From: an uncultured Gemmatimonadales bacterium
Lineage (GTDB): Bacteria > Gemmatimonadota > Gemmatimonadetes > Longimicrobiales > RSA9
Length of the DNA: 64,000 bases
Assembly: GCA_963741945.1 (NCBI GenBank)
Contig: CAVUKA010000005.1
Span: 522,557-586,556 of the forward strand
Direction of reading: 5' to 3'
Below the pieces are notes generated by a model. It did not search any database. It was not told the origin of the DNA and worked only from the letters and a program-made list of their open reading frames with translations. A program made the position numbers and the translations under genes. Each line of letters begins with the position of its first letter. Within the stretch, counting starts at the first letter, position 1. Of this stretch, positions 9,095 to 20,987 are shown one piece after another.

Positions 9095-9778
9095 ATGATG
9101 ACACGTGACGGCTGGACGGATCGCCTGTCCGAGTACATCGACGGCGAGCTGGTGGGCGAGGACCTCGAGGCCATGGAAGCCCACATCCTGGAATGCGGGG
9201 AGTGCGCGGCCACGGTGGACGAGCTGCGCGCCGTCGTGACCGCGGCGGGCACGCTGCCCGACTGCATCCCGGAGCGGGACCTCTGGCCGGGCATCGAGCA
9301 GCGGCTGACCCCGCGGGGCGCGCTCCGCCACCGGGAGCAGCCCGGCGTGGTCCCGCTCGAGTCGAGACGGCGGCGCGTGGTGTTCACGTTGCCGCAGCTG
9401 GCGGCAGCCGTGCTGGCGGTGGCGCTCCTCTCGGCGAGCGGCGTCTGGGCCGCCCTCCGCACGGCCGTGCCGGCGCCCGCGACCGGCGCCGTGGCGGCAG
9501 CGCCGGGGACCGGTGCGGCCGCGGCCACGCCCGTGTCGTTCACCACGGCGTACGATCGGGCGGTCACCGAGCTGGAGGCGGAGTTCCAGCGTCGACGGAC
9601 GGAGCTCGACCCCGAAACGATCATCGTGGTGGAGCGGAACCTCCAGATCATCGATGCGGCCATCGCGGAGGCGCGTGGTGCATTGCAGGCGGATCCGTCG
9701 AGCGCGTTCCTGAACGAGCATCTGGCCGAGACGATGCGGCGAAAGATGGACCTGCTCCGGCAGGCGGCGAGCATCTGA
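9095..9778 (+). CDS. anti-sigma factor, zf-HC2 (ZAS-like), single-pass membrane protein
   Basis: Starts 1 nt after the sigma stop. H-x3-C-x2-C motif (HILECGEC). Central TM helix (LPQLAAAVLAVALLSASGVWAAL). Confidence 0.75.
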   Translation: MMTRDGWTDRLSEYIDGELVGEDLEAMEAHILECGECAATVDELRAVVTAAGTLPDCIPERDLWPGIEQRLTPRGALRHREQPGVVPLESRRRRVVFTLPQLAAAVLAVALLSASGVWAALRTAVPAPATGAVAAAPGTGAAAATPVSFTTAYDRAVTELEAEFQRRRTELDPETIIVVERNLQIIDAAIAEARGALQADPSSAFLNEHLAETMRRKMDLLRQAASI

Positions 9779-9799
9779 GCACAAAGGCGGGATAGAGAC

Positions 9800-10645
9800 A
9801 TGCTGACGGCATTCTTGGCGGCGCTTCTGGCGCTGGGCAGTACGCAACCGGTGGCTCAGGACACGACCCTGCGTGTGTCCCGGGGCATGCGCCTGGAAGT
9901 GGGCGAGATCCGCGGCGAGGTGGTGATCTCGACGTGGAACCGCGACGCGGTGGGCGTGACCGGGGCCGAAAGCCGCGGTGCGCTGGAAATGACTCTGTCC
10001 AGCTCGGCGGTGCGGCTCCGCCCCGGCTCCCGGGCGGGTCGGAATGAGCTGGATCTCCGCATCACCGTTCCGGAGTGGATGAACGTGCGGGTGCAGGGCA
10101 ACCGCCTCGATGTCAGCGTGCGGGGCACGCGCGGCGAGATTTCCGTCGAGACGGTGGGCGGGGACGTGCAGGTGGACGGCGGAGCGGGGCTCGTGAGCGT
10201 CCGGAGCATCCAGGGCGACGTGGGCGTGAGCCACGCCCGGGGGCGGATCGAGGCCATCTCCGTGAACAAGGACATCACGCTGGACAAGGTGGAGGGCGAC
10301 ATCTACGTCGAGACCACGAACGGCGACATCGACATGACGGGCGTCCGATCCGGCAGCGTGCGGGCCACCACGGTGAACGGTGAGATCGGGTACCGCGGCA
10401 CGATCCAGGATGATGGGCGCTACGTCTTCTCCACCCACAACGGGGATGTGTCCGTCGCCGTCCCGGAGAACGCAAACGCCACTGTCATGGTGGCCACGTA
10501 CCAGGGCGACTTCGAGAGCGAGTTCCCGATTCGCCTGAGCGGCACTTCGAGGGACCGGCAGTTCAGCTTCACGCTCGGGTCGGGCAGCGCCCGGATCGAG
10601 CTGGAATCATTCAACGGTGAAATCCGGCTGACGCGCCCCCGCTGA
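9800..10645 (+). CDS. DUF4097 (putative adhesin / LiaG-YvlB-like) beta-repeat protein
   Basis: Signal peptide, then repeated strands of the type GGDVQVDG, QGDVGVS, TNGDIDMT, VNGEIGY, FNGEIRL. Confidence 0.8.
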   Translation: MLTAFLAALLALGSTQPVAQDTTLRVSRGMRLEVGEIRGEVVISTWNRDAVGVTGAESRGALEMTLSSSAVRLRPGSRAGRNELDLRITVPEWMNVRVQGNRLDVSVRGTRGEISVETVGGDVQVDGGAGLVSVRSIQGDVGVSHARGRIEAISVNKDITLDKVEGDIYVETTNGDIDMTGVRSGSVRATTVNGEIGYRGTIQDDGRYVFSTHNGDVSVAVPENANATVMVATYQGDFESEFPIRLSGTSRDRQFSFTLGSGSARIELESFNGEIRLTRPR

Positions 10646-10673
10646 GGGAGCGCGGAGCAGGGAGGGCAAGACC

Positions 10674-11453
10674 ATGAAGAGAACCATACTCCTCACCGCC
10701 GCCTTGCTGGCGGCCAGCAGTGCGGCGGCCGCCGCCCAGTCCCCGGACTTCCGCTGGGACGGGAAGCTCGCGGCGGGCAAGACGCTGGAGATCCGCGGCG
10801 TCAACGGTGACATCCGGGCGCAGGCCAGCGACGATGACGCCGTCCACGTGCTGGCCGATCGCCACGGCCGCCGCGACGATCCCTCGAGCGTGCGAATCGA
10901 AGTGGTCGAGCACGGCGATGGCGTGACCATCTGCGCCGTCTACCCGACCCCGCGGGGAGCGCGTCGGGAGAACGAGTGCCGGCCGGGCGGTGGCAGCAAC
11001 AACGTGCAGCGGAACGACGTGAAGGTGGACTTCACCGTGCAGGTCCCCCGCGGCGTGCGGCTCACGAGCGTCACCGTGAACGGGGACGTGGAGGCCAGCG
11101 GTATCCAGGCGGATGTGAATGCGAGCACCGTCAACGGCAGCGTGGACGTGCAGACCACGGGGTTCGCTGAAGCCAGCTCGGTCAATGGCGACATCACCTG
11201 CCGCATCGGCCGGAGCCAGCTGTCCGGGGACGTGGAGTTCCAGACCGTGAACGGGAGCATCACCATCGAGATGCCGGGTGATCTCAATGCCGAATTCCAC
11301 GCCACTACCGTGAACGGAGGCATCGATTCGGACTTCCCGATCACCGTGAGCGGAAAGATGAACCCGCGCAGCGTCCGCGGCCGCATCGGCGATGGCGGGC
11401 CCGAGCTCCGGCTGGCCACCGTGAACGGCAGCATCCGGCTCCGGAAGATCTGA
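10674..11453 (+). CDS. DUF4097 beta-repeat protein (second copy)
   Basis: Signal peptide plus repeated VNGDI/VNGSV/VNGSI strands. Ends VNGSIRLRKI, like the first copy. Confidence 0.8.
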   Translation: MKRTILLTAALLAASSAAAAAQSPDFRWDGKLAAGKTLEIRGVNGDIRAQASDDDAVHVLADRHGRRDDPSSVRIEVVEHGDGVTICAVYPTPRGARRENECRPGGGSNNVQRNDVKVDFTVQVPRGVRLTSVTVNGDVEASGIQADVNASTVNGSVDVQTTGFAEASSVNGDITCRIGRSQLSGDVEFQTVNGSITIEMPGDLNAEFHATTVNGGIDSDFPITVSGKMNPRSVRGRIGDGGPELRLATVNGSIRLRKI

Positions 11454-11474
11454 GTCGGCTCCGCCGAAGGGGGG

Positions 11475-11520
11475 GAGCCCCGCGCCGCTTCGAAGCGGCG
11501 CGGGGCTCCTCTTTCCGTTC
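11475..11520. terminator. bidirectional rho-independent terminator candidate between convergent genes
   Basis: 14-bp perfect stem GAGCCCCGCGCCGC / GCGGCGCGGGGCTC (11475-11488 / 11495-11508), followed by CTCTTTCCGTTC. Confidence 0.65.
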
Positions 11521-11544
11521 AACCCCGGGCTCGCGCCCGGCGGA

Positions 11545-12441
11545 TCAGCCCGCCAGCACCTTCCCCGCGTAGCCGTTGTCCGGGTTGCCTCCGCGCTTCA
11601 GGATCCGGTCCACCGTTCCCGGCCCGCGATTGTACGCAGTCAGCGCCGTCTCCACATCGCCCTTGTAACGGTCAATGAGCTTCCTGAGGTACTTGAACCC
11701 CACGTCCAGGTTCGTGGCCGGATCGTACAGGTCCTTCGCCGAAACCTGCGGGTCGAGCCAGCGCGCGGTGCGCGGGAGGACCTGCGTCAGCCCCCGCGCG
11801 CCCACGTTGCTCACGGCCCGCTCACGGAACGTGCTCTCGGTGAACACGAGCCCGTAGGCCACGTCCGGTTCGATCTCGTGGCGCGTCGCCGCGTCGTAGA
11901 TCTGTTGCGCCAGGCCGGTGTCGATGTTGTAGCGCATCACCGCGCCCCCGATCGTCTGCTCGCGGATCGCGGCCGCATTCGCTTCCGACCATGCCCTGGA
12001 CACGCTCGTGTCCAGGTCCTTCTCCGGCGCCGCCTGCTGGCTCGCCTCCTCCGGCTGCCCCGTGCGAGGCGCGTCGGAACTCACGCCCGCGTTGATCAGC
12101 GGCGCGGCAGCCCCCGCCAGCGTCAGCCCGATCAGAGGCTTCTGGAACCGGCGCACCAGCATGCGGCTCCGCCCCAGCAGGGATTCCCTCGCCGACGTCG
12201 ACAGGACATCGGACTTGCGACGACCCCAGCGGCGCCGACGCTCCGTCTCCGCCGGCTGCTCGCCGCCGCCGCCCTCGCCGCCCTCGCCCGACGCGAACGC
12301 GCGCCGATCGCCCGCGCGACGCCGCTCGAACGGGCCCCGCTCGATCTCCGTCGCCTCCCAGGCGTGGTCCCCCACCCGGTCACTCGGGAACGGCCCGGTC
12401 GATCCGTGCTGTCGTCGATCGTTCTGTTCCGCCACGCCCAT
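11545..12441 (-). CDS. lytic transglycosylase (SLT domain) protein
   Basis: VFTESTFRERAVSNVGARGLTQVLP (catalytic E-S) and AYNRGPG motifs. N-terminal charged region plus one TM helix. Confidence 0.8.
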   Translation of the reverse strand: MGVAEQNDRRQHGSTGPFPSDRVGDHAWEATEIERGPFERRRAGDRRAFASGEGGEGGGGEQPAETERRRRWGRRKSDVLSTSARESLLGRSRMLVRRFQKPLIGLTLAGAAAPLINAGVSSDAPRTGQPEEASQQAAPEKDLDTSVSRAWSEANAAAIREQTIGGAVMRYNIDTGLAQQIYDAATRHEIEPDVAYGLVFTESTFRERAVSNVGARGLTQVLPRTARWLDPQVSAKDLYDPATNLDVGFKYLRKLIDRYKGDVETALTAYNRGPGTVDRILKRGGNPDNGYAGKVLAG

Positions 12442-12557
12442 GTGTGGCCCCCCGGTATATGTAACCTCAATAAATCCAACACTTTAGGGTGCATCACCCG
12501 TGCCACGCGCCCGCCTCCCGCTTGGCTGGGACCCGGCGGACCGTATCTTCAGGGATC

Positions 12558-15188
<2,631 letters not shown>

Positions 15189-15199
15189 GTCCGAAGCGC

Positions 15200-16129
15200 C
15201 TACGGCTCGCGTCCCGCCGAGTCGGGCGGAGGGCGCAGGGGATCGCATGCCACGATATCCAGCAGCGCCGGAAGTGGCCCCTGGGACTCGCTGGTCAGGA
15301 GCAGGCGACCTGCGTCCACGAACGTCACGCCCTCACCCTGCAGCTGCGACGGCGCCACCACGTCGGCCTCGCGGCCCACGGGCGCCAGGGTGTCCCCCTG
15401 CAGCCTGAAGAACCGGATGGAGCCGTACGTCCGGACGGCCACCCGCCGGGTACCGGCATCGAACGCCGCGCCGGTCACCTGCGCCGATACGCTCGTGGGC
15501 GGTGGCGCCAGCTCCTGCACCGGCTCTGCCGTGCGCACCCGCGCCGCGGGGAACGGCGGCTTCAGCCGGTACATTTCGATGGCGCTGCTCCGGCCCTTGC
15601 TGATCACGTAGATCGCGCTGTCGGCCACGAACATCGCTTCGGCGTCGCGAGGCCTATCGGGATAGCGGAACCGGATGACCGTGGCGGGCGCGCTCACCGA
15701 GTCCGTGCGCGGGTCCGGTTCGGGGATCCGGTAGATCATGGAGGTGTCGTGGTGCTCGTTGTTGTCCCCGGTCTCGGCGATGTAGAGGCAGCTGCCCGCC
15801 CCCCCACCGTTGCACGGCGCCACCGCCACGTCCTCCCAGTCCCGGTTGGTGGCGCGCCGGACGGCGACCACTCCAACCACCTGGCCAGCCTGGTTGACGG
15901 CGTACACCACCGGCTGGCCGCCCGAGTCGTTGTGCGTCCAGTAGACCCCCGGCGCCACGCTGCTCGCGGCCGCGCCACTGCTCTCGCTCAGCGCCGCGGG
16001 AAGCGGGACTTCGACTTCCGGGGCGGAGCACACGCCGTTCCCCGGTGGAACCGCCGTCTCCCCCGGCGTGCACCCCGCCAGCACCACGACCAGCGCCGAT
16101 CCGCGCCGCCACCGCCGACCTCGTCTCAC
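15200..16129 (-). CDS. predicted lipoprotein, beta-propeller (SdiA-regulated/phytase-like) family
   Basis: GTG at 16129 forms a GTGA overlap with the MscS stop and gives a lipobox (ALVVVLAGC). WTHNDSGG and YIAETGDNN motifs. The longer ORF to 16375 overlaps the MscS gene. Confidence 0.6.
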   Translation of the reverse strand: MRRGRRWRRGSALVVVLAGCTPGETAVPPGNGVCSAPEVEVPLPAALSESSGAAASSVAPGVYWTHNDSGGQPVVYAVNQAGQVVGVVAVRRATNRDWEDVAVAPCNGGGAGSCLYIAETGDNNEHHDTSMIYRIPEPDPRTDSVSAPATVIRFRYPDRPRDAEAMFVADSAIYVISKGRSSAIEMYRLKPPFPAARVRTAEPVQELAPPPTSVSAQVTGAAFDAGTRRVAVRTYGSIRFFRLQGDTLAPVGREADVVAPSQLQGEGVTFVDAGRLLLTSESQGPLPALLDIVACDPLRPPPDSAGREP

Positions 16130-17436
16130 GTACCCTCCCTGTCGCTGTCCCGCGTCGCCCACTGCGGCGGCGGAACCGGCTGAACCTGCGATCGGTTGTA
16201 CGCCGGGAACACCGCCTCGCGCAACGATGGCTGCGCGAGCTCCGCGTTCACGGCGAGCAGCAGGCGCGTCGACCATTTCCGCATCTCGCGGGCGGGCACC
16301 AGGTACCGGACCACGAGGTCCGTCCACGAGTCCCGCGCGCTGACGTACACGGCCGGCCGCGTCGCCACGTCCCATGCCAGCCGGGCCCGCTCGAGGAGCG
16401 CGGCGTACTCCTGGGCGGCGGCCTCCATGCGCTCCCCGACTTCACGATCGGCCACGCGCTGCACTGCGGCCATGGCCAGCCCCAGGTCGCTCTCGTTCGC
16501 CACGCTCACCGTCAGCTCGTCCCACACGTACGGGAAGTCGCGCGTGTAGTTGACCACGTTCGATCGCAGGATCTCCGAGTTCGGGAACGTGATCAGCGCG
16601 CCCGTGGACTGCGCCGCCTGCACGCTCTTCTGCGGGCCGCCGGCTTCGAACACGGTGGTCGTGAGGAAATCGATGCGCGCCACATCGCCGAACACGTCGC
16701 CCACGGCCACACGGTCGCCGATCCGGTAGTAGGAACGGAAGGAGTTGAGCAGCCAGCCGGTGAAGCTCTCGATCGGACCCTGGAGCGCCCACGAGAGCGC
16801 CAGCCCGAAAAGCCCCACCGACCCCACCAGCGCGCGGGCGTCCCCGGCCACGATGCTCAGCGCGGCGCCGAGCGCGACCAGCCAGATGCCAATGGACACG
16901 AGGGCCGCCGTGGCCTGCGCCCGCTCCCAGCTGGCGAGCACCCGCCGCAGCACCATGCCCACCAGCTTCGCCAGCAGGCCGGCCGCCAGGAGGACGAGCA
17001 GCGCGATGCCGAGGGCGGGCAGCAGGTTGTAGGTCGTGCGCCCCAGCGCGCGCAGCGTGCCCGTGGCCCGCCGCGCCGACTCCGCAGGGGCGCGGGTCGG
17101 GACGGTGTCGCCGCCCATGGACGTATCGGACTGGGCCGCGCCGCCTCCCGACCCGGCCACGCTCAGGCCCGCGACAGCGGCGAGGGGCGATGCCCCCGCC
17201 TCCGACTCTCCGGGAACGGCACCGGGAGTGCCGACCAGCAGGAGCGTGAGCGCGGTGACGCCCAGGGCCAGCTTCGACGCGCGGCGGAACGGCGCCAGGC
17301 GGCGACCTGCCTCGCGCCTCGCCGTCCCGGCCGACACCGTGCGGCGCAGCCGCCTCGCCGGACCGCGGCCGGCGCCTCCGGGTGGCCGTGTCCCGACCGG
17401 GCGCCGCCGCACCCCGCGCCTCCCTGCCACCCGCAC
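16126..17436 (-). CDS. mechanosensitive ion channel (MscS family) protein
   Basis: TM helices followed by YRIGDRVAVGDVFGDVARIDFLTTTV...ITFPNSEILRSNVVNYT, typical of the MscS beta-domain. Start uncertain. Confidence 0.8.
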   Translation of the reverse strand: MRVAGRRGVRRRPVGTRPPGGAGRGPARRLRRTVSAGTARREAGRRLAPFRRASKLALGVTALTLLLVGTPGAVPGESEAGASPLAAVAGLSVAGSGGGAAQSDTSMGGDTVPTRAPAESARRATGTLRALGRTTYNLLPALGIALLVLLAAGLLAKLVGMVLRRVLASWERAQATAALVSIGIWLVALGAALSIVAGDARALVGSVGLFGLALSWALQGPIESFTGWLLNSFRSYYRIGDRVAVGDVFGDVARIDFLTTTVFEAGGPQKSVQAAQSTGALITFPNSEILRSNVVNYTRDFPYVWDELTVSVANESDLGLAMAAVQRVADREVGERMEAAAQEYAALLERARLAWDVATRPAVYVSARDSWTDLVVRYLVPAREMRKWSTRLLLAVNAELAQPSLREAVFPAYNRSQVQPVPPPQWATRDSDREGT

Positions 17437-17439
17437 GAC

Positions 17440-17937
17440 TCAGCCGGGGGTGTAGTCGAACTTGGCCAGGACGCGGATGTCCTTCACCGTGTTCGTGACC
17501 GGACAGTCCGTCTTCCCCTGGAGACGCCCCGTGCCGCCCTCGTTCAGTGCCGCCGTGACCGTGATCCGGCACGAAGTGAGCGGGCGGTACGTCGAGCCAT
17601 CCGGGGCCGTGAATGCGAAGTCCACGCCGTCATCGCTGGTGGTGAACACGCCCATGGTTCGCGTGTCCGGCAGCACCACCTGGAGCGCTGCCGTGGTGGA
17701 CTCCTGGATGTAGGTGAACCGGGGTGCCGGCGCGGGGACCAGCAGCGGGAAGAAGTACTCGCTCGTGGATGTCAGCACCACGGTGCCGAAGCCGTTGTCC
17801 AGGTCCTTCGTGACCGCGATGCCCGCGTGGTTACGAGGAGGATCGAGGAGATCGTCCAGCTTGACCTCCGTCGGACCCGTCGACGGATCGCATGCCGCCA
17901 GCGCGAGCGCGGCCAGAATCGGGAATAGTCTTCGCAT
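17440..17937 (-). CDS. hypothetical lipoprotein
   Basis: ATG at 17937 gives MRRLFPILAALALAAC (lipobox). The upstream part of the 280-aa ORF looks non-coding and runs toward the divergent PTP gene. Confidence 0.55.
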   Translation of the reverse strand: MRRLFPILAALALAACDPSTGPTEVKLDDLLDPPRNHAGIAVTKDLDNGFGTVVLTSTSEYFFPLLVPAPAPRFTYIQESTTAALQVVLPDTRTMGVFTTSDDGVDFAFTAPDGSTYRPLTSCRITVTAALNEGGTGRLQGKTDCPVTNTVKDIRVLAKFDYTPG

Positions 17938-18049
17938 CGGACCTGTCCATGTGGCGTCCATTCGCGTGGCAAGATAACACGTCGGCCGCTTGACGGCCCC
18001 GCCGGCGCGTCCACCTTGTCCATGCGACAGCACACCCGAAGCGAGGCTC

Positions 18050-18538
18050 ATGCCAGACCCCGACATCTCCGTTCTCTTCGTATGCCTCGGCAACATCTGC
18101 CGCTCCCCGCTCGCCGAGGCACTGTTCCGCGACGCCGTGACCGAAGCCGGGCTCCAGGACCGCTTCCGGGTCGATTCCGCCGGCACGTCCGGGTACCACG
18201 ACGGCGAGCCGCCGGACCGGCGCACCACGGCGGTGGCGGCGGCGAGAGGCGTGACCGTCCGCGGAGTCAGCCGCCGCGTCACGGAGCGCGACCTGGCCTC
18301 CTTCGACTACATCATCGCCATGGACGCCGACAACCGCCGGGAAGTGGAAGCGCTCCGCGGACGCTCCCGCCAGCCGCAGGTGCGCCTGCTCCGCGAGTTC
18401 GACCCGCGGGCGGACGGAGACCTCGATGTCCCGGACCCCTATTTCGGAGGCCCCCGGGGGTTCGAGGACGTCCACGACATGGTGGATCGCTCCGCTCGAG
18501 CCCTGCTGCGGCACATCCGCCAGGAACGGCGGCTGTGA
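18050..18538 (+). CDS. low-molecular-weight protein-tyrosine phosphatase
   Basis: CLGNICRS P-loop (CX5R-S) near the N-terminus and a DPYF aspartate loop. Start moved to ATG 18050. Confidence 0.9.
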   Translation: MPDPDISVLFVCLGNICRSPLAEALFRDAVTEAGLQDRFRVDSAGTSGYHDGEPPDRRTTAVAAARGVTVRGVSRRVTERDLASFDYIIAMDADNRREVEALRGRSRQPQVRLLREFDPRADGDLDVPDPYFGGPRGFEDVHDMVDRSARALLRHIRQERRL

Positions 18539-19452
18539 GCGCCCTCGCCCTCCCGCCGGCGGTTCGCGCCGCCGTCGAGGCCGCGCTCCGGGAGCGGAGC
18601 CCGGGCAGCCCCGACGACGGCGACATCGCCGACGCCTCGCCTGTGGCCGGCGGCTGCATCAGCCCCACGGCCCGACTCCGCACCCGTGCCGGGCGGCCGC
18701 TCTTCCTGAAGTGGCACGACGGCCGCCTCCCCGCGGGGATGCTGGAGGCGGAAGCGCGCGGGCTCCGGGCCCTGCGTTCGGCCGGCGACGTACGGGTGCC
18801 GGGCGTCGTGGCCCTCGGGCGCTCCCCCGAGTGGCTGCTGCTGGAATGGCTCGAGCCGGGGGCCGCCACACCCGGTTCCTGGAGCCGTCTCGGCCGGGAG
18901 CTCGCCGCCCTGCACCGCACCCGCGCCGACCGGTTCGGCGCCGACCACGACAACTTCATCGGCTCGCTCCCGCAGGAGAACGCGTGGCTCGATGCGTGGC
19001 CCGAGTTCTGGCAGCGGCGACGGCTCGAGCCGCAGCTGCGGCGGGCGGTCGACGCCGGCCTCCTCGGCGCCGCCGACCGGCGACGCTTCGACGCCCTGTT
19101 CGTCGCCCTCGAAGACATCCTCGGACCGGCGGCCGATGCGGACGGGGCCTCCCTCGTCCACGGCGACCTGTGGAGCGGCAACGTGCATGTGCTCGGCGAC
19201 GGCACGCCCGCCATCATCGACCCCGCGGCCTACCACGGACACCGCGAGGTGGACCTGGCCATGGCCGCCCTCTTCGGCGGGTTCGGACCCGGCTTCCGCA
19301 CCGCGTACGAGGAGGCCTGGCCGCTGCAGCCGGGGTTCGAGCCCGCGCGCCGTTCGATCTATCAGCTCTACTTCCTCCTCGTCCACGTGAACCTGTTCGG
19401 CGCCGGGTACGTAGGGGGGACGCGCAGGGCGCTGGAGGCGGCGGGCTTCTGA
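18535..19452 (+). CDS. fructosamine/ketosamine-3-kinase family protein
   Basis: GTG start in a GTGA overlap with the PTP stop. FGADHDNFIGSLPQ, LVHGDLWSGN, IDPA and REVDLAM motifs. Confidence 0.85.
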   Translation: MSALALPPAVRAAVEAALRERSPGSPDDGDIADASPVAGGCISPTARLRTRAGRPLFLKWHDGRLPAGMLEAEARGLRALRSAGDVRVPGVVALGRSPEWLLLEWLEPGAATPGSWSRLGRELAALHRTRADRFGADHDNFIGSLPQENAWLDAWPEFWQRRRLEPQLRRAVDAGLLGAADRRRFDALFVALEDILGPAADADGASLVHGDLWSGNVHVLGDGTPAIIDPAAYHGHREVDLAMAALFGGFGPGFRTAYEEAWPLQPGFEPARRSIYQLYFLLVHVNLFGAGYVGGTRRALEAAGF

Positions 19453-19544
19453 CGGGACTCCCCGAGCGCCGGATCCTCATCCATATTCCACCGTTCACGG
19501 CGCGGGCGCCGGGACTCCGGGGAGCACCAGCGGAAGGGGAAGTC

Positions 19545-20966
19545 ATGGGTTCAGGTCGGGCGGGGCGGGCGTGGACGGAGCGAGGGACGGCGATGGTCCT
19601 CCTGTCGCTCCTGCTGGCGGCAGGGTGCGGCGGACGGGCGGGGCCGACGCCGGCCGCCCCCGAGCCCGCCGAGAGCCCCGAGCCGGTCACACGGGAGATG
19701 GCGCTGGCGGTCTTCGACTCGGCGTGGAGCCGCGTGCTCCATACCTATTACGACACCACGTTCCACGGCCTGGACTGGCGGGCGATCGGAGACGAGTACC
19801 GCCCGGCGGCCGCGACTGCGGGGACGGCCGACTCCCTCCGAGCTGTGATCCAGCGGATGGTCGAGCGGCTGGGCGACAGCCACTTCCTCGTCATCCCCGC
19901 CGCGGCGGCAGACGCGCTGAATCCGGACTCGGCCGCCGGGAAGCGCGGGAACCCGGGCGATGTGGGGCTGGAGACGCGTGTAGTGGATGGCCGTGTGATC
20001 ACCTGGCGGGTGGACCCCGGGATGCCGGGGGCCGAGGCCGGGGTCCGGCCCGGGTGGGTGGTGCAGGAGATCGACTCCGTGCCTGCGTCCAGGCTCCTGT
20101 CCTTCCTCGAGCCGCTGTCGGAGCAGCGCCGGCTCGCCGAGGCGAGGGTCGCGGTCGCCGCGGACGCTCGCCTGGCCGGTCGCGTGGGCGACACCGTCGT
20201 CGTCCGGCTGACGGACGGAAGCGGGAAGCAGAGGACCGTGGCCCTGGTGCCCCGCCCGCTGCGTGGGACGCCGGTGCGTTTCGGCAACCTCCCCACCATG
20301 TTCGCCTCCCTGGAGGCGGCGCCCATGCCCGCGGGCGATGGCTGCGCGGGGGTGATCCGATTCAGCGTCTGGATGACCGCCATCCTCCCCGCCTTCGATG
20401 ATGCCGTGCAGTCGCTGCGTCACTGCCGGGGGTTCGTGCTGGACCTGCGCGGCAACCCGGGCGGTGTCGCCGGAATGGTCATGGGCGTGTCGGGGTACTT
20501 CATGGACGAGCAGAAGGAGCTCGGGGTGATGACCACGCGCCAGGGACAGATGCACATCCGGTCCATGCCGCGCACGGTGACCCGGGAGGGAGCGGCCATG
20601 CGGCCCTTTGCCGGCCCGCTGGCGCTGCTGGTGGACGGCGAGACCATGTCCACCAGCGAGATCTTCGCCGCCGGGCTGCAGGAGGTGGGCCGGGCGAGGG
20701 TGTTCGGGGACACGACGGGGGGGCAGGCGCTGCCCGCGGTGCTGGTCCGGCTGCCGAACCGCGACCTGCTGATGCACCCGATCGCCAACCTGGTCGGCCC
20801 GGACGGGAAGCGGGTGGAAGGGCGCGGCGTGATCCCGGACGTGGTCACACCGCTGACACGGAAGGACCTGCTGGCAGGGAAGGACGCGGCGCTGGACGCA
20901 GCGCTGCGCTGGATCGAGGACACAGGCACCACAGAGGCGAGCGCGCAGGCGCCCGCCCACCCATGA
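19545..20966 (+). CDS. S41 family peptidase (lipoprotein-like N-terminus)
   Basis: LLLAAGC lipobox. FVLDLRGNPGG and LVDGETMSTSEIFA (Ser region) motifs. An alternative start is ATG 19593. Confidence 0.8.
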   Translation: MGSGRAGRAWTERGTAMVLLSLLLAAGCGGRAGPTPAAPEPAESPEPVTREMALAVFDSAWSRVLHTYYDTTFHGLDWRAIGDEYRPAAATAGTADSLRAVIQRMVERLGDSHFLVIPAAAADALNPDSAAGKRGNPGDVGLETRVVDGRVITWRVDPGMPGAEAGVRPGWVVQEIDSVPASRLLSFLEPLSEQRRLAEARVAVAADARLAGRVGDTVVVRLTDGSGKQRTVALVPRPLRGTPVRFGNLPTMFASLEAAPMPAGDGCAGVIRFSVWMTAILPAFDDAVQSLRHCRGFVLDLRGNPGGVAGMVMGVSGYFMDEQKELGVMTTRQGQMHIRSMPRTVTREGAAMRPFAGPLALLVDGETMSTSEIFAAGLQEVGRARVFGDTTGGQALPAVLVRLPNRDLLMHPIANLVGPDGKRVEGRGVIPDVVTPLTRKDLLAGKDAALDAALRWIEDTGTTEASAQAPAHP

Positions 20967-20987
20967 ACAGATGAATAGGGGAGTTCG

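Noticed and set aside
15200-16375. Long upstream extensions of the propeller lipoprotein (to 16375) and of the small lipoprotein (17440-18282).
   Set aside because: The extensions overlap the MscS gene or approach the divergent PTP gene, are Arg/Gly-rich, and precede clear lipoprotein signal peptides that start at in-frame GTG 16129 and ATG 17937.
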